Source: Octopus bimaculoides | Lineage: Eukaryota | Direction of reading: 5' to 3' | Length of the DNA: 64,000 bases | Assembly: GCF_001194135.2 (NCBI RefSeq) | Contig: NC_068984.1 | Span: 98,309,695 to 98,373,694, forward strand | Shown: piece after piece, positions 23,301-37,400 of the stretch | Numbering within the stretch: position 1 is the stretch's first letter | Layout of the letters: every line of letters starts with the position of its first letter | The notes under the pieces: model-generated | Seen by the model: the letters and a program-made list of their open reading frames with translations, nothing else | What the model was told of the DNA's origin: nothing | Database searches by the model: none | Made by a program: the position numbers and the translations under genes

Positions 23301-26300
23301 TTTGTCAGTGGATTTGGTAGATGGAAACTGAAAGAAGCCTGTCGTGTGTGTGTTGGGGGGGGGGGGCATGTCTGTGTGGTTAATATATTTGCCTTGCAAC
23401 CATGTGGTTCTGGCTTCTATCTCATGATATAGCCCCTTGGCCAAGTGTATTTTGGTGAACAATATGCACATCAGTAGAAAAACTACCAACAAACCAGCAC
23501 ATCAGACAGGCAATCCCTCATCACTCACACAGTTGGGAAAGCTATGAACCCGAGTTTAGTCTCATAGAAATCTATAACTAATAATATAGCATGTGTATAT
23601 GAATGTGAGTATGAACAAGTTTATGAGTGTGCATGTGTCAAGGCTTGTGATGCAAGAGGCTTGGTTTACAATAATATTTGATTGTTCATAATATCTATAC
23701 TGCAGGCAAATATTTCATGTGCTCTTTCTGTCATGCAAACACACATAAAAAAATAGCCACACATACATACATAAACATGAATGTCTGCAAATACACACAC
23801 ATGCATTGAAGACAAATAAGGAAAAGCTCAAACATTGTTGCTAGATTTTTACCTCTTCAACCCAAACTCCAGAATCTTTATCAACAGACCAAAGTATCAT
23901 GGTTTTATCCATGGAAGCAGTAAGAAGTCGCAGAGGTTGATGCCAACCATTTTCTGGAAAATTACAATAAAATATTATTACAATGCTACAGTAATAATGT
24001 TCTTTTTTATTTATAAAAAACAAAACAACTATGCTCATTTTATAGAATTGTGTCTCTTCCATAGAACTATCCCCATTTCTAATAACATCTGACCCTGTTT
24101 TAATGACCTGTCTGATCCCCAAGCTGTTTTCATTTCTTGGACAGAGCCAATTTCTCCAAATTATCTACATTTCCATGTTTTTTTTTCCAAAGGACTATCT
24201 CCATACCCCAAAGTTTCCTCCAGTACCAACTGTCTTCTAGACCAACACTGACCCCAAGACTGTTTTTTGAAATATAAACGAAATATTCAAACTGTCATAA
24301 ATTGATGCATTATCATTTGGATATAAATATTTTCATTGACTGGATTTATATTGTGTAAATATCAATATATGTATTTGCATGTGTGTATATGTAGACTGTG
24401 AGTTATGTGTATGTGGGTGTGTTCACACACACAAAAATGTATCTAATTATATGCAAGGTAACATGGATGGAGTAGGGGTGTAGGCATACTCCTTGCATAG
24501 AAATGGGTAGATAAGGTCATAGAGGTTGTCAGGGTATGCAATAGAGTGCTTAAGCTCAGGCTAGCCCTGCAGAACAGCACAGCTACAATTATCTCTGCCT
24601 ACGCCCCACAAGCGGGGCTACCAAATGATCAGAAGGACCATCTTCATGATACCCTTCTGCAAGCTACCTCAAAGATGAGTGGCAATGACCTCATCTTTGT
24701 AGCTGGAGATTTTAATGGGCATGTCGGGCAGAAATCTGGTATCTTCACTGGTGTACACAGGGGCCATGGTATTAGTTCCCAGAACAATGAGGGAACTAGG
24801 CTACTGGAGTTCAGTGATGCATGTAACCTTTTAATCTGCAACACTAAGTTCAGGAAGCCAGACAGCCACCTGATAACCTATCAATCAGGTGACTCTGCTA
24901 GCCAGATTGATTTCATCCTCACCATACAGCGGGACGCAGGGTTGCTCTTAAATACAAAGACCCTCCCAGGTGAGGAATGCACCACCCCCCAGCATAGACT
25001 AGTCAATAGTGACTTTCGACTCAAAACCAGAAGGATGCCAAGAAGCAGACTAATCCAGAAGAGGAGGATTTGGAAGCCAAAGAACACTTCACATGGTCAG
25101 AGATTTAGGGACATCCTCATCAAGAAATTTGATGAGAGAGGAAGGAGCTACAGTCCTCGGACATAGCAAGTAGCTGGAAATTCTTACGAGACAGATTACT
25201 GAGTGCCACAGACCAAGTCTGTGGATGGCGCAAAGTCCCTTCTAGAGCTAGAGTAAAGGGGTGGCAGAATAATACGGTAGACAAAGCCATCAGAGCAAAG
25301 AAGCAGGCCTGGAAATCCTGGAAGGGTGGGGGTAGCAGGGAACCGTACCAGATAGCCAAAAGGGAGGCTGGGTGACAGGTATATATAGCCAAGGGCAAAG
25401 CAGAAAAGAAGTTTGCCAATGTCCAGCAATGTGAGGACCAAAGAACTGAAGTATTCTGGATTGCAAGACTGTGTGTGAGAGAAAATTGTGATGTCACAGG
25501 AGAGAAATGTGTCCACATGGATGATGGTGCACTTGCTTTTAATGATTTGGAAAAGAAAGAAGTTTGGAGGAGACATTATGAAAGACTGCTGAACGTGGAG
25601 AATGAATCGGAAGAGGAGAGCCAGCCAAATATTGATCCAGTAGAGGGACCAACTATCTGAATAGGCAGCACCCTGGTAGATAAAGCAATTAAGGATATGA
25701 AGCCAGGAAAAGCCCCCAGCCCATCAGGAATCACTGCTGAGATGCTCAAAACATCTGGTGGTGTGGGCTATGGCCTAGTCACCCGTATTGTAAACCAGGT
25801 AGTTCATGATGGAGTCATACCCAATGACACGTGTAGCAGCACCATAGTCAACTGCTACAAGGGTAAAGGTGATGCTTTAGATAGAAATAACTGCAGGGGT
25901 ATCAAACTGCTGGATCAGGTGATGAAAGTCAAGGAGAGGGTCATAGCCCAACTAATTAGGGAGAGGGTCTGCTTAAATGAGATGCAGTTCGGTTTTGTGC
26001 CAGGTAGTAGCACCACTGATGCTATCTATATTCCTGGCTTGACAACTGCAGGAGAAATACCTAGCTAAAGATAAACCCCTATACTTAGCTTTGTGGACTT
26101 GGAGAAAGCCTTTGACAGGGTCCCCTGATCCCTTATCTGGTGGGTGATGCAGAAACTGGAGATTGACGAATGGTTAATAAGGGCTGTACAAGCCCTATAC
26201 GGAGATGCTGTTAGTAGGGTTAGAATTGGAAATGAGTATAGTGAAGAATTCCAGGTAGACGTAGGGGTCCACCAAGGATCAGTCCTCAGCCACTTCCTAT

Positions 26301-28032
26301 TCATCATAGTCCTTCAGGCAATAACAGAGGAATTCAAGATAGGTTGCCCCCCTAAGAAGTCCTCTAAACTGATGACCTGACCCTCATAGCAGAATCACTA
26401 CCAGAACTAGAGAAGAAACTTCAAGTGTGGAAGCAAGGTTTAGAATCGAAAGGCCTTAGAGTCAATGTTGCAAAGATCAATGTTCTAGTAAGTAGGAAAG
26501 CGAACACATCACACACCCCTTCAGGTAGGTGGCCCTGCTCAATCAGTAGAAAAGGTGCAGGTAGAAACTCCATAAGATGTACTGTGGATAGACAAGGAGA
26601 GCTGTGTGAAGAAGTGCCACTCCCAAACAGTGGAAGGAATTTGGGGTAGAAGGAGACCCAGGAAGACATGGGATGGAGTGGTGAAGACATGGGTTGGAGT
26701 GGACCTTCAAACATTGGGCCTCACAGAGGCAATGACAAAAGACCGAGACCTCTGGAGGTATGCTGTGACTGAGAAGATCTGGCAAATAAAGTGAGTCTAC
26801 AACTGTAACCTACACCAGTGTCGCATAACCAGCCCACTCCAAAGTACCTTGGATCGTAGGGCGACATGCTGTGCTTGAGGAGACCTATTGAGTCAAATAA
26901 ATCAACATCAACAGCAATATCAAAATCAAATCAAATGGAAATTGTAGTTGTGACCCCTGTGCCGGTAGCACGTAAAATGCACCATCTGAACGTGGCCGAT
27001 ACCAGTACCGCTTTGACTGGCTTCCGTGCAGGTGGCATGTAAAAGGCACCATCTGATTGTGGTTGATGCCAGCTCTTCTGGCCCCAGTGCTGGTGGCACA
27101 TAAAAAGCACCCACTACACTCTGGGAGTGGTTGGCATTAGGAAGGGCGTCCAGCTGTAGAAATACTGCCAGATCAGATTGGGGCCTGGTGCAGCCTCCTG
27201 GCTTTCCAGATCCCAGTCAAACCGTCCAACCCATGCCAGCATGGAAAACAGACGTTAAACGATGATGACGATGATGATGATATATGTGTCCATAAAAACC
27301 AACAAAACAATGTAAATATCTCAAAATAATCTAATGCAGGAAAGGATAGTACTTTGCTGTAGTTAACATTCTCTATGTACTCAGGCAGTACCTGTTCCTG
27401 CCTTATCACAGTTAAGTATGTACTGTGTCAAGGCAAAGTATAGTGGTTGACCCAGAAATATATCACACCTACAGCAGATTAAAAACCATCATATTTTCTT
27501 TTAAAGTTTAGTCAGGAGAGGTAGGAGTGGTAGGAGCAGTATCCATCATGTTTGTAGTTTCTTCTCCCAGTCAAGTGAAATTAAAATGGCTGCTGTTCAG
27601 TGTGAATCTTTGTAAGTAAAGTCTGAGCAAGAAGGGTATTCCAGTGGCATTATATTCCAGGGAGAAATGATTAGGTAGTGATTATTTTAGGGCCTGAGTA
27701 ACAAAAACACTATTTTAACAATGACCTTCATCACCTCAGTGACCACAAGGAGGGCTTCTGTAGATACAGTTTGACTGGAGATTGTGAGAAATTCAGTGCA
27801 AACAATATCGTCTTTGAATTAGCAAATACCTTTGAGTGTGTCCACTAGGAGAATCTCATGGGGAACCAGATTGCCCTTGGGTTTCATCTGTTTCTAGTTT
27901 CTTGGACTGAAATTTTCCTATCAGACTGTGCCATCCCTGATATGTGTCTCTTTCTGAGCTACAGCAGTCATAAACCCTAGTTTATAAGTAGTCAAATAAA
28001 CACCCTAACTATCTGGTCATGCTGTCTACACA

Positions 28033-28066
<34 letters not shown>

Positions 28067-30516
28067 GGGTACACATACCTTTTTCAATGGGGGGATGCCA
28101 TCTAACACTGTAAATCCATCCATCATGACCCAGCAAAACTGATTCCAATGTAATTGCAAAGCAGAGACTAGAGCCTATGAACCAGAAAGAAGAGAAATAG
28201 ACATATTCATCAAAGCAAACAAATAATCAAATTACAAAAAAAGAAAAGTGTTTTTTTTTTTCAATGAAACAGTTGACTCCACTCAGTTACTTCATATTTT
28301 GACAGAAGGTATTCAATAAAGAATAATGAAATCTTGTTGACTTCATAATCAGTGTATGAAAATCTGATTTGAAATAGTAAGACATAGTAAAGACTGGAAT
28401 TGTGAAGAATGTAGAACAAGCAACTACAAAGACCCAGCCTTCAGTGAAACAACAGAGCAAATAATGCAGGAACCTTACCAATTTTTCAGCAGCTCTTTTA
28501 ATCCAGACATAATTTACATGAAGAGAACACTGAAATTTCCTGCAACCATTATAGTTGCAGGAAATTTCAATTTTTATAGTATTCATTTGTTTATTGAGTA
28601 GTAATACTTGATGAAGGCAGAAATACTCTTCCTACAGCTAACTGTGATAATATGAAAGTGAAAGTGTTTAAAACTAAATCTAACAACACGTGTTTACCCA
28701 CTAAGAACGTTTTCTCAGTTAAAAGAAAACTTAACTTGGCTGCAGAGATTACAGTGATCTTGCATAAAAGAGGAAAAGTGGTGCCATGTCAAAAGTGCTG
28801 GTGCTACATAAAAAGCACTCAGTACACTCTGTAAAGTGGTTGGCATTATGAAGGACATCCAGCTGTAGAAACTATGCCAGAACAGACAATGTGGCACCCA
28901 GCCTTATCAGCTCCAGTCACACCATCTAAGCCATGCCAACATGGAAAACAGGCATTAAAGGATGATAATGATGTCCTTCACAATAACATTTCAGAAGGAG
29001 ATCCAGTGGGGGGAAGAGTGGTTAGGTTTGTGCAAAGCATTGGATTTTGTTTTTAATAGTTACACTTTCATATTATTATATATATTTCCAACTTTTATTT
29101 ATAACATGCTTCTAGTGAATAAACAAAAGTAACTAATAATATGGAAGCAGTCTTCTAGCAATTTGCTCAGAACTATTATAATGAGTTACTATAACGTGAC
29201 CACTTTTAATCCAGCAAAATGTATAATCTGGCATGGGACTGAAGCTAAGGATGCCAGGAAGTCGGGGATGTATCTGTAATATTAATTTATTTTTAAATAA
29301 CAATTATATCTTACACAGAATAAATTCAATTAAGTTTAACCCATTCCAGTACATGACTGGTACTTATTTAACCCCTAGAACAATGAAAGGCAAAGTTAAC
29401 TTCAGTAGGATCTGAACTCAAAACAAGAAGAGATACAACTGACTTTTCACCATCTTAACCTTTTAGTATTCAGATTATTCTGTCAAACGTTATGTTTTAT
29501 TTATTCATATAGTTTTGCATTAATCATGCATTACTTTTAGAGTTGAGATTTTGATGGTGTGATTCTTTGTTTTTAGAATGACTTCCTAGGACTGGAGCAA
29601 GAAGCCAGATATGGCCAGTTTGAACATAAAACAAGTAGAATATTTGGGCTGGATATGGCTGGTTTAAATGCTAAAGAGTCAATGATAATAATTCATTATA
29701 TAGGCTCAAAGCCAGAAATTTAATGAGGGAACAGAGCTGATTAAGTCAACTCAGTACTTGACTGGTACTTTTATTTTACTGATCCAGAAATGATGAAAGG
29801 CAAACTTAACCTCAATGGTATCTGATTCTTGAATGTAAAACACTGTAACCAAATACAGGGTGCAGCAGAAAGGTTGCCCCGATCTCAAAGGTTAATAAAA
29901 AACAAACACATGAAGATGCATGAAAAACTTTGTATTTCAACGAAGTTCATTAAATGCCATTTTTTTTCCATTTCAGGTAGTACCCACCATGGCCTGGAGT
30001 GGAGGGCATCGTTTTTTCTTGTATCATCATGCGTTTGTTTTTTATTAACCTTTGAAAAAAAAAGAATAACAATAATAATAATAGTCCTTTCTACAATAGG
30101 CACAAGGCCTGAAATTTTGGGCAAAGTGGCCAGTTGATTGTATCAACTCCAGTGTTTAACTGGTAATTATTTAATCAATTCTGAAAGGATGAAAGGCAAA
30201 GTCGACCTTGGTGGACATTGAACTCAGAATATAAAGTCACTAAGCATTTTGTCTGTTGTATCAATGATTCTATTAGCTCACCACCTAAATAATAAAAATA
30301 GTTTTCTCTGCTATAAGCAAAAGGCTTGAAATTTGGTGGGAGTGTGTAAGTCGATTACATTGACCGCAGTGCTCAACTGGTACTTATTTTATTGACCCCA
30401 AAAGGATGAAAAACAAAGTTGGCCTTGGCAGAACTTAAACCTAGAATGTAAAGACAGACGAAATACCGCTAGGCATTTTCCTGGTATGCTGATGATTCTA
30501 CCAGCTCACCGCCTTC

Positions 30517-30554
<38 letters not shown>

Positions 30555-31456
30555 CATAACAAGTTACTCCTGTCAATTTTGACATATGAACGTTTGAAGG
30601 AATGGATTGGAAAACAAAAAAACAAGGATAGAAAAAATACTGCATGTATTTGCGATGGATACATGAACGTAATTTGAGTCCAGTTATGGACTTTGCTTAT
30701 AAAGTCACAATGGGCACAATGATGATTTTGATTTTGCATAATGTAAGCATGTCTTTGTGTGTGGAGAAGAGGCCTGGATGACTGACTCACACACCCAAAA
30801 TAATATCAAAATATGTTTGTTTGCTGATACCCAGAGACTTTGACAGAACAGATTAATCATCTAGGTTGGCTCTCAACAGTTTGTGCCAATGTCCACCAGA
30901 CAGATACATGATATATAATGACATACCTTTACTCTGTACATTGATCAGGGTTTCCTTCATCTGAATATTTCCAGTAGCAGGCTTATCCCTGACTATAATG
31001 TTACTGTTCTCCTCGGGAGTAGTTTTCTGGGAAATCCTCCATATACGCACAATGAAATCTTGTCCACAACTTGCCAATAGAAGATCACCATTATCTAAAC
31101 ATAAACAAACACAACATGCATTTATTACTATTAAATTATTAGACTTTTATATATACATATTGTTTTTCATATAATGTTTGTATTTATAGAAATGGCGGTT
31201 AATTTGCTATAAAGCCATAAAGAAATAAGTAGTGGACTGTCTTGATCATCTTAAAGAACTGAGAGCAAAGTCAAAGGGTCAGACTAATATGCCAGCTACT
31301 TTGTATAATAATCCTTTCTTATGTGAACTTGCCTTTTAAATTATTGGGTGAAGAAAAGTAAGAGATAAAAACATCAGAGCTAAAACAAAAGAAAACAAAC
31401 GAAAAAAAATGTTGTTAGACATTCATACACTAAAACCCTAGGAGAATCCAGAGTGC

Positions 31457-31487
<31 letters not shown>

Positions 31488-34400
31488 TGCACGTACATGC
31501 GTGAGTTTAGAGGGATATATTATCCTGGCAGATACCATGGTAGCTCTAAAAAACAAATATATATATATATGTATACCCACACACACACATATATGTGTGA
31601 ATGTATGCAAACACACATAGAGTGAGCCAAAAGTCACGCACCAAACCCTTTCACATTTTATTTATATTATATTATTAATTTTGTTCATCATGGACAAGTA
31701 TGTGTGTATTCATCATTATTTTATTCAACTTTTTAACAACTGAAGCATGTCTTAGATAATTCCAAAGCGTATTGAACTTATTTTGTTCATGATTTTTAGG
31801 CCACCCTGTATACATATACATATTTGTGTGTGTGTGTGTGTGTTCATGAGAATGTGTTTCATGAAACAGAGTTCATTTAACGAGATAGCCCTAATTATAT
31901 CACCTGACGAAATACTTCTGCACCAAGTTGTCTAGTTTCCCACCCATGGAGGATTGATGCAAGATGTGTAGAAAAGATCATTGTAAGCAATAAAGTTCCC
32001 CGTGTATTGCATTTTCCGTCTCTATCATTTGTTTTATACTCAACGTACAGAGGAATTCCCAGGTAGCCATAGACAGTGAATGTGTTTTATCAGCATATCA
32101 CTAGGAACATACCCAACACTATTATCACACACACATACACATCATGTTTTTATTTCTCAGCTGAGGAAGAGCAGTACACCTAGTGTTTTAAAGGATCTTC
32201 AAAGCTGATGTGAGTAATTGAGGAAGTTGCTCTCACAGACACAGTTCAACTTATGGGCCACCACACAGCTTCTGAATACCAAATTTCTTTTACAATACTC
32301 TGGTCAAACTGAGTTTGTAACAAGGTATTTGACTGAAGGTAGCATACAGTGGGTTCAATTTCTTAACTACATAGCTATGCCTGAATACAAATGCTTCAAA
32401 TATAAATCAAGTGCAGACTAATATATTTCATCATCATCATCATCAACAATTAATGTTGGTTTTCCATGCTGGCATGAGTCGGATGGCTTGACAAGAACTG
32501 GCAAGGCCAGGGACAGTTCCAGGTTCCATAAACTGTTTGGCTTGGTTTCTACAGCTGGATGGCCTTCCTAACACTAGCCACTTTACAGAGTACTGGGTGC
32601 TTTTTACATGGCACCAGCACCCACACTAATATTTGGCACTTTGGTTTTAAGATCTCAATTCTGTTGTGGTGGGAAGGTCTTCTTGAATATTTAATGAAGG
32701 AAAGTTACCTCCAATTTTTTTAACCTGCTAAAATTACAGCATCATCATTTTTGTTTTTCCTTTTCCATGCACATATGGGTTGGACTGAATTTGTCAAGGC
32801 AGATTTTCTACGGTTCCAGTTGCCAACCCTCATCTATAATGAGATAACATTTCCTCATGACCAGACATGTCTTTTACAGAATATTGGAAATGAAGGATTC
32901 CACTTGCATGATGGCGACATTGGCTTACAACTATCATGTGATGTCAAAGCAAGGAAACAGTAAAATATACACACATATGTACATACGTACAACAGGCTTC
33001 TTTCAGTTTCCATCTAACAAATTTACTCACAAGGCTTTTGTCGGCCCAGAACTTAGAGAAGACATCTACCCAAGGTGACATATAGTGGGAATGAACCTGA
33101 AACCATGTGGTTGAGAAGCAAACTTCTTACTACACAGCCACACCTGCATCAATAGTGAAGGGAAAAGCCCTTAGTTTGATTGATAATTCTTATAAAAAAA
33201 ACAAACAAGGAAAGCAACTCCAAAATTTGAATGTAAGGATATACTGAGTTGTGGCTCTGAGTTTTGGTAGATATTGAGGCAACTCAGGACATTTCTGTCT
33301 TGTTGAAGGTCATTAGCAAGACAAGTCTCATAAGTACTCACATAGATGACTGTAGGAAATGAATAAATTTTTTTCTTTTGGGAAAAAACATTTGACAATT
33401 TAAAATAATGACATGAGGCAATTTCCCAGTGCTTACCTTCAACACAGAAATCAACACCAGACACCCAATCATCATGGCCAGACAGAGACACAGCAGATAC
33501 AAACTGGAATAAGGATGGAAAATTGAGTAGAACATGTGGGGGGAAATAAGAAGTTATTGTTGAGAGAAACTGTATGAAATTTATTGTGGAAGAAATACAC
33601 TGGAACTTATGTTTGTTGGATGAAACAGACTGGAATACGTTACTGGGGAAATGGAATTACTTTTTATACAGACAAGATTAGGATTTAAAAACTGTATTGG
33701 TGGCTCTATTCAAAACAATTACACTTATATCAGTCACCTAAGTTGACAAGCAGGTTCTGCTAAATATTTCACGGCTGAATGGTTAGCAAAGCATGCTTTG
33801 TTAATTTGCAGTACAGAATTAAATTCTTTCAGTGGATTATTGAAATCATTTAAAAGAAATTCTCACAATATAGCACTGTTTCAATCACTTCCACCATCAT
33901 CATAACTGCCACTAAAAGTAGCAGATTTGATAGAAATAACCTTAAATCATTAATCTATCTAATGTAGTAATATATACATACCTGACATTGCTGCCAGACA
34001 TAGAGGTTCACTTTCTGATTATCACAGCCACAAGCAAGGATCACACCTGAAAATTGAAGAACAAATCACCATCATCAACACCACCATCACTGTCACCATC
34101 TACAAACATCACCAGATCCCATTTTTGTACCTTAGCTTTTCCAATCATAGACAACACCCACAAAAAACACTCAAAGTCACCACAAATATCATCATCATCA
34201 TCGTTTAATGTCCATTTTCCATGCTGGCATGGGTTGGACGGTTTGACTGAGGTCTGGAGAGCCAGTAGCCAATCTGATCAGGCAATGTTTCTACAGCTGG
34301 ATGCCCTTCCTAATGCCAACCACTCCAACAGTGTAGCGGGTACTTTTTACATGTCACCGGCACAGGAGCCAGTCAGGTGGGCCTGGCATCAATCACAAAT

Positions 34401-37400
34401 GGATAGTGCTTTTTACATGCCACTGTCAGGCGGACCTGGCATTGACCACATTCGGATGGTGCTTTTTACGTGCCACCGGCACAGAAGCCAGTCAGGAGGC
34501 ACTGGCCACAACTACGATATTAGTTTTACTTGACTCAACAGGTCTTCTCAAGCATATCATATCGCATAACGCATCAGGGGTACTCTTAACTGGGCCAAAA
34601 ATGCATGGCTGCAATCCCACTTTAGTTTCCGGGTCATCTCAATCACAGCATATCTCCAAAGGTCTCAGTCTCCTGTCATTGCCTCTGTGAGGCCCAATGT
34701 TTGAAGGTTATCCTTCACCACCTCAAAACATGTCTTCCTGGGTCTACCTCTTCCACAGGTTCCTTCCACAGTTAGGGAGTCACACTTCCTCATGCAGTTG
34801 TCCTCATCTATACATAACACACGACCATACCAGTGCAGTAGTCTCTCTTGCACACCACATTTGATGCTTCTTATGCCCAACTTTTCTCTCAGGGTGCTTA
34901 CACTTTGTCGTGTATGCACACTGACATTACACATCCAGCGGATCAGACTAGCTTCATTTCTTTTAAGTCTACATATGTCCTCAACATTCATGGCCCATGT
35001 TTCACTGCCGTATAGCTTGGCAGTTCGTACACATACATCATACAGTCTACCGTTCATCCTGAGTGAGAGGCTCTTAGTTGCCACCAGAGGTAGGAGCTCC
35101 CTGAACTTTGCCCAGGCTATTCTTATTCTAGCCGCTACACTCTCAGAGCAACCAGCCCCATGACAGACTTGGTCACCTAGGTATCACAAAGTTATCAACT
35201 ACTTCTAGTTTCTCCCTCTGACATGTGATGGAATCTGTTTTCTGTACATCTTCAGTGCTTATTGCCCCTGTACATCTGCCAAACACAAAAACTATTTTCC
35301 CGGTTAACCTTCCTTTGATTTTGCTGCACCTTTTATGTGTCTATAGCTTATACCAGGTACATCGTATGGAGTTTCTACTCACGCCTTTTCTACAGATCGA
35401 GCAGGGACACCTACTTGAAGGGGATTGTGGTTTGACAGCCTTCCTACTTACTAACACTTTGGTTTTTGCTAGGTTAACCCTAAGGCCCATTGATTCTAGA
35501 CCTTGCTTCCACACCCTAAACTTTGTCTCTACTTCTGGTAGTGACTTGGCTATTAGATCAAGGTCATCAGCATAGAGGAGCTCCCAGGAGCAGCCTGTCT
35601 TGAATTCCTCTGTTATTGCCTGGAGGACTATAATGAATAAGAGGGGGCTGAGGACTGATCTTTGGTGAAACCTTACTTCTACTTGGAATTCTTCACTATA
35701 CTCATTGCCAACCCTCACCTTACTGATAGCATCCCTGTACAGAGCTTTTACAGCTCTTACCAACCACTTGTCTATCCCCAGTTTCCACATTGACCACCAG
35801 ATAAGGTATTGGGGGAACCCTGTCAAAGGCCTTCTCCAAGTCAACAATAGTCAAGTACAGAGGTTTATCTTTGGCTAGATATTTCTCCTGCAGTTGCCTT
35901 ACCAGAAATAGCATCAGTGGTGCTTCTGCCTGGCACAAAACCAAACTGCATCTCATCTAGGCTAACTCTCTTCCTAATTAGTTGGGCTTTGACCCTCTCC
36001 ATGACTTTCATCACCTGATCCAATAATTTGATACCCCTATAATTATTTCTATCTAAAGCATCACCTTTACCCTTGTAGTAGTTGACTATGGTGCTGCTAT
36101 ACCAGTCATTGGGTATGATTCCTTCATGAACCACCTGATTTACGATGCGGGTGACAAAGACTATAACCCACTCTGCCCAATATTTTAAGCATCTCAGCAG
36201 TGATTCCTGATGGGCCAGGTGCTTTCCCTGCCTTCATATCTTTAATTGCTTTATCTACCAGGGTACTGTCGATTTGGGTAGCTGGTCCCACATTTGGGTC
36301 AACCTTTGGCAGACTCTCCTCCTCCCATTCATTCTCTATATTCAGCAGTCTTTCATAATGGCATCTCTAAGCCTCTTTCTTTGCAGAATCATTAAACACA
36401 AGGGCACCATCATCCATGTGGACACATTTCACTCCTATGACATCATGGTTTTCTCTCACACACTGTCTTGCAATCTGAAACACTTCAGATCTTTGGTCTT
36501 CACGTTGCTGAACATTGGCAAACTTCTTTTCTGTTACTCCCTTGGCTATATATACCTGTCTCCTAACTTCCCTTTTGGCTATCTGATACATTCTCCTGCT
36601 ACTCCAACTCATCCAGGCCTTTCAAGCCTGTTTCTTTGTTCTATTGCTCCACCACCATGTTACCTGAGGTCTGGAAGGGACTTTGCACCAACCATAGATT
36701 TGGTCTGTGGCACTCAGCAAACTGTCTTGCAGGAATTCCCAGCTGCCTTCTATGTAACAGGACTGTAGCTCCTCCTCCCTATCATCAAATTTCTCAGTAA
36801 GGATATCCCTAAATCTCTGACCATGTGAAGGGTTCTTAAGTTTCCAAGTCCTTCAGGTGTCAAAGTCATTGATCTTCTCTGGTGGTTAGATCCACATACA
36901 ACATCAAAAACTGTCCCATTTGCTAGTTTTCCTTTTCAGGAGCCACTGTTTATAACTCTCAGCAAAGTTCAAGTGAATTCCACAATGAAATTCTACACTT
37001 ATATCTGGCTGGGACTATGCTGTTAATACCAGACGCACAATGACAAAACATCTGCATCTGGGACAATGTTGCTATTGCTGTTGTTGCTGCTTCATATGTA
37101 AAACATCCAAAAGGGCTTTGATTTTCTGCAATTCTTTTCTCGCCTACAATTTTCCTGCACCAACTCAATGTGAACATCAACATATCAGTCTCACCAATCG
37201 TGTTGGGCCACCACCATCAACAACACATTGTCATCACTAATATCACTATTATCACCATCACCACAGTTATAATTAACATCACCACCGACACAGTCATTAC
37301 TATCATTAACATTTTAACAACACTTTTAGACTTTGTAACTAATGTTAAAGATAAACCTCAATGAAATTCTGAGAAAGTCGACAGAATATTTACATATATT

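Noticed and set aside
24546-26714. Intact, active LINE ORF2 or domesticated RT gene
   Set aside because: Multiple stops and frameshifts and a deletion near the 3' end; every copy in the window is broken.
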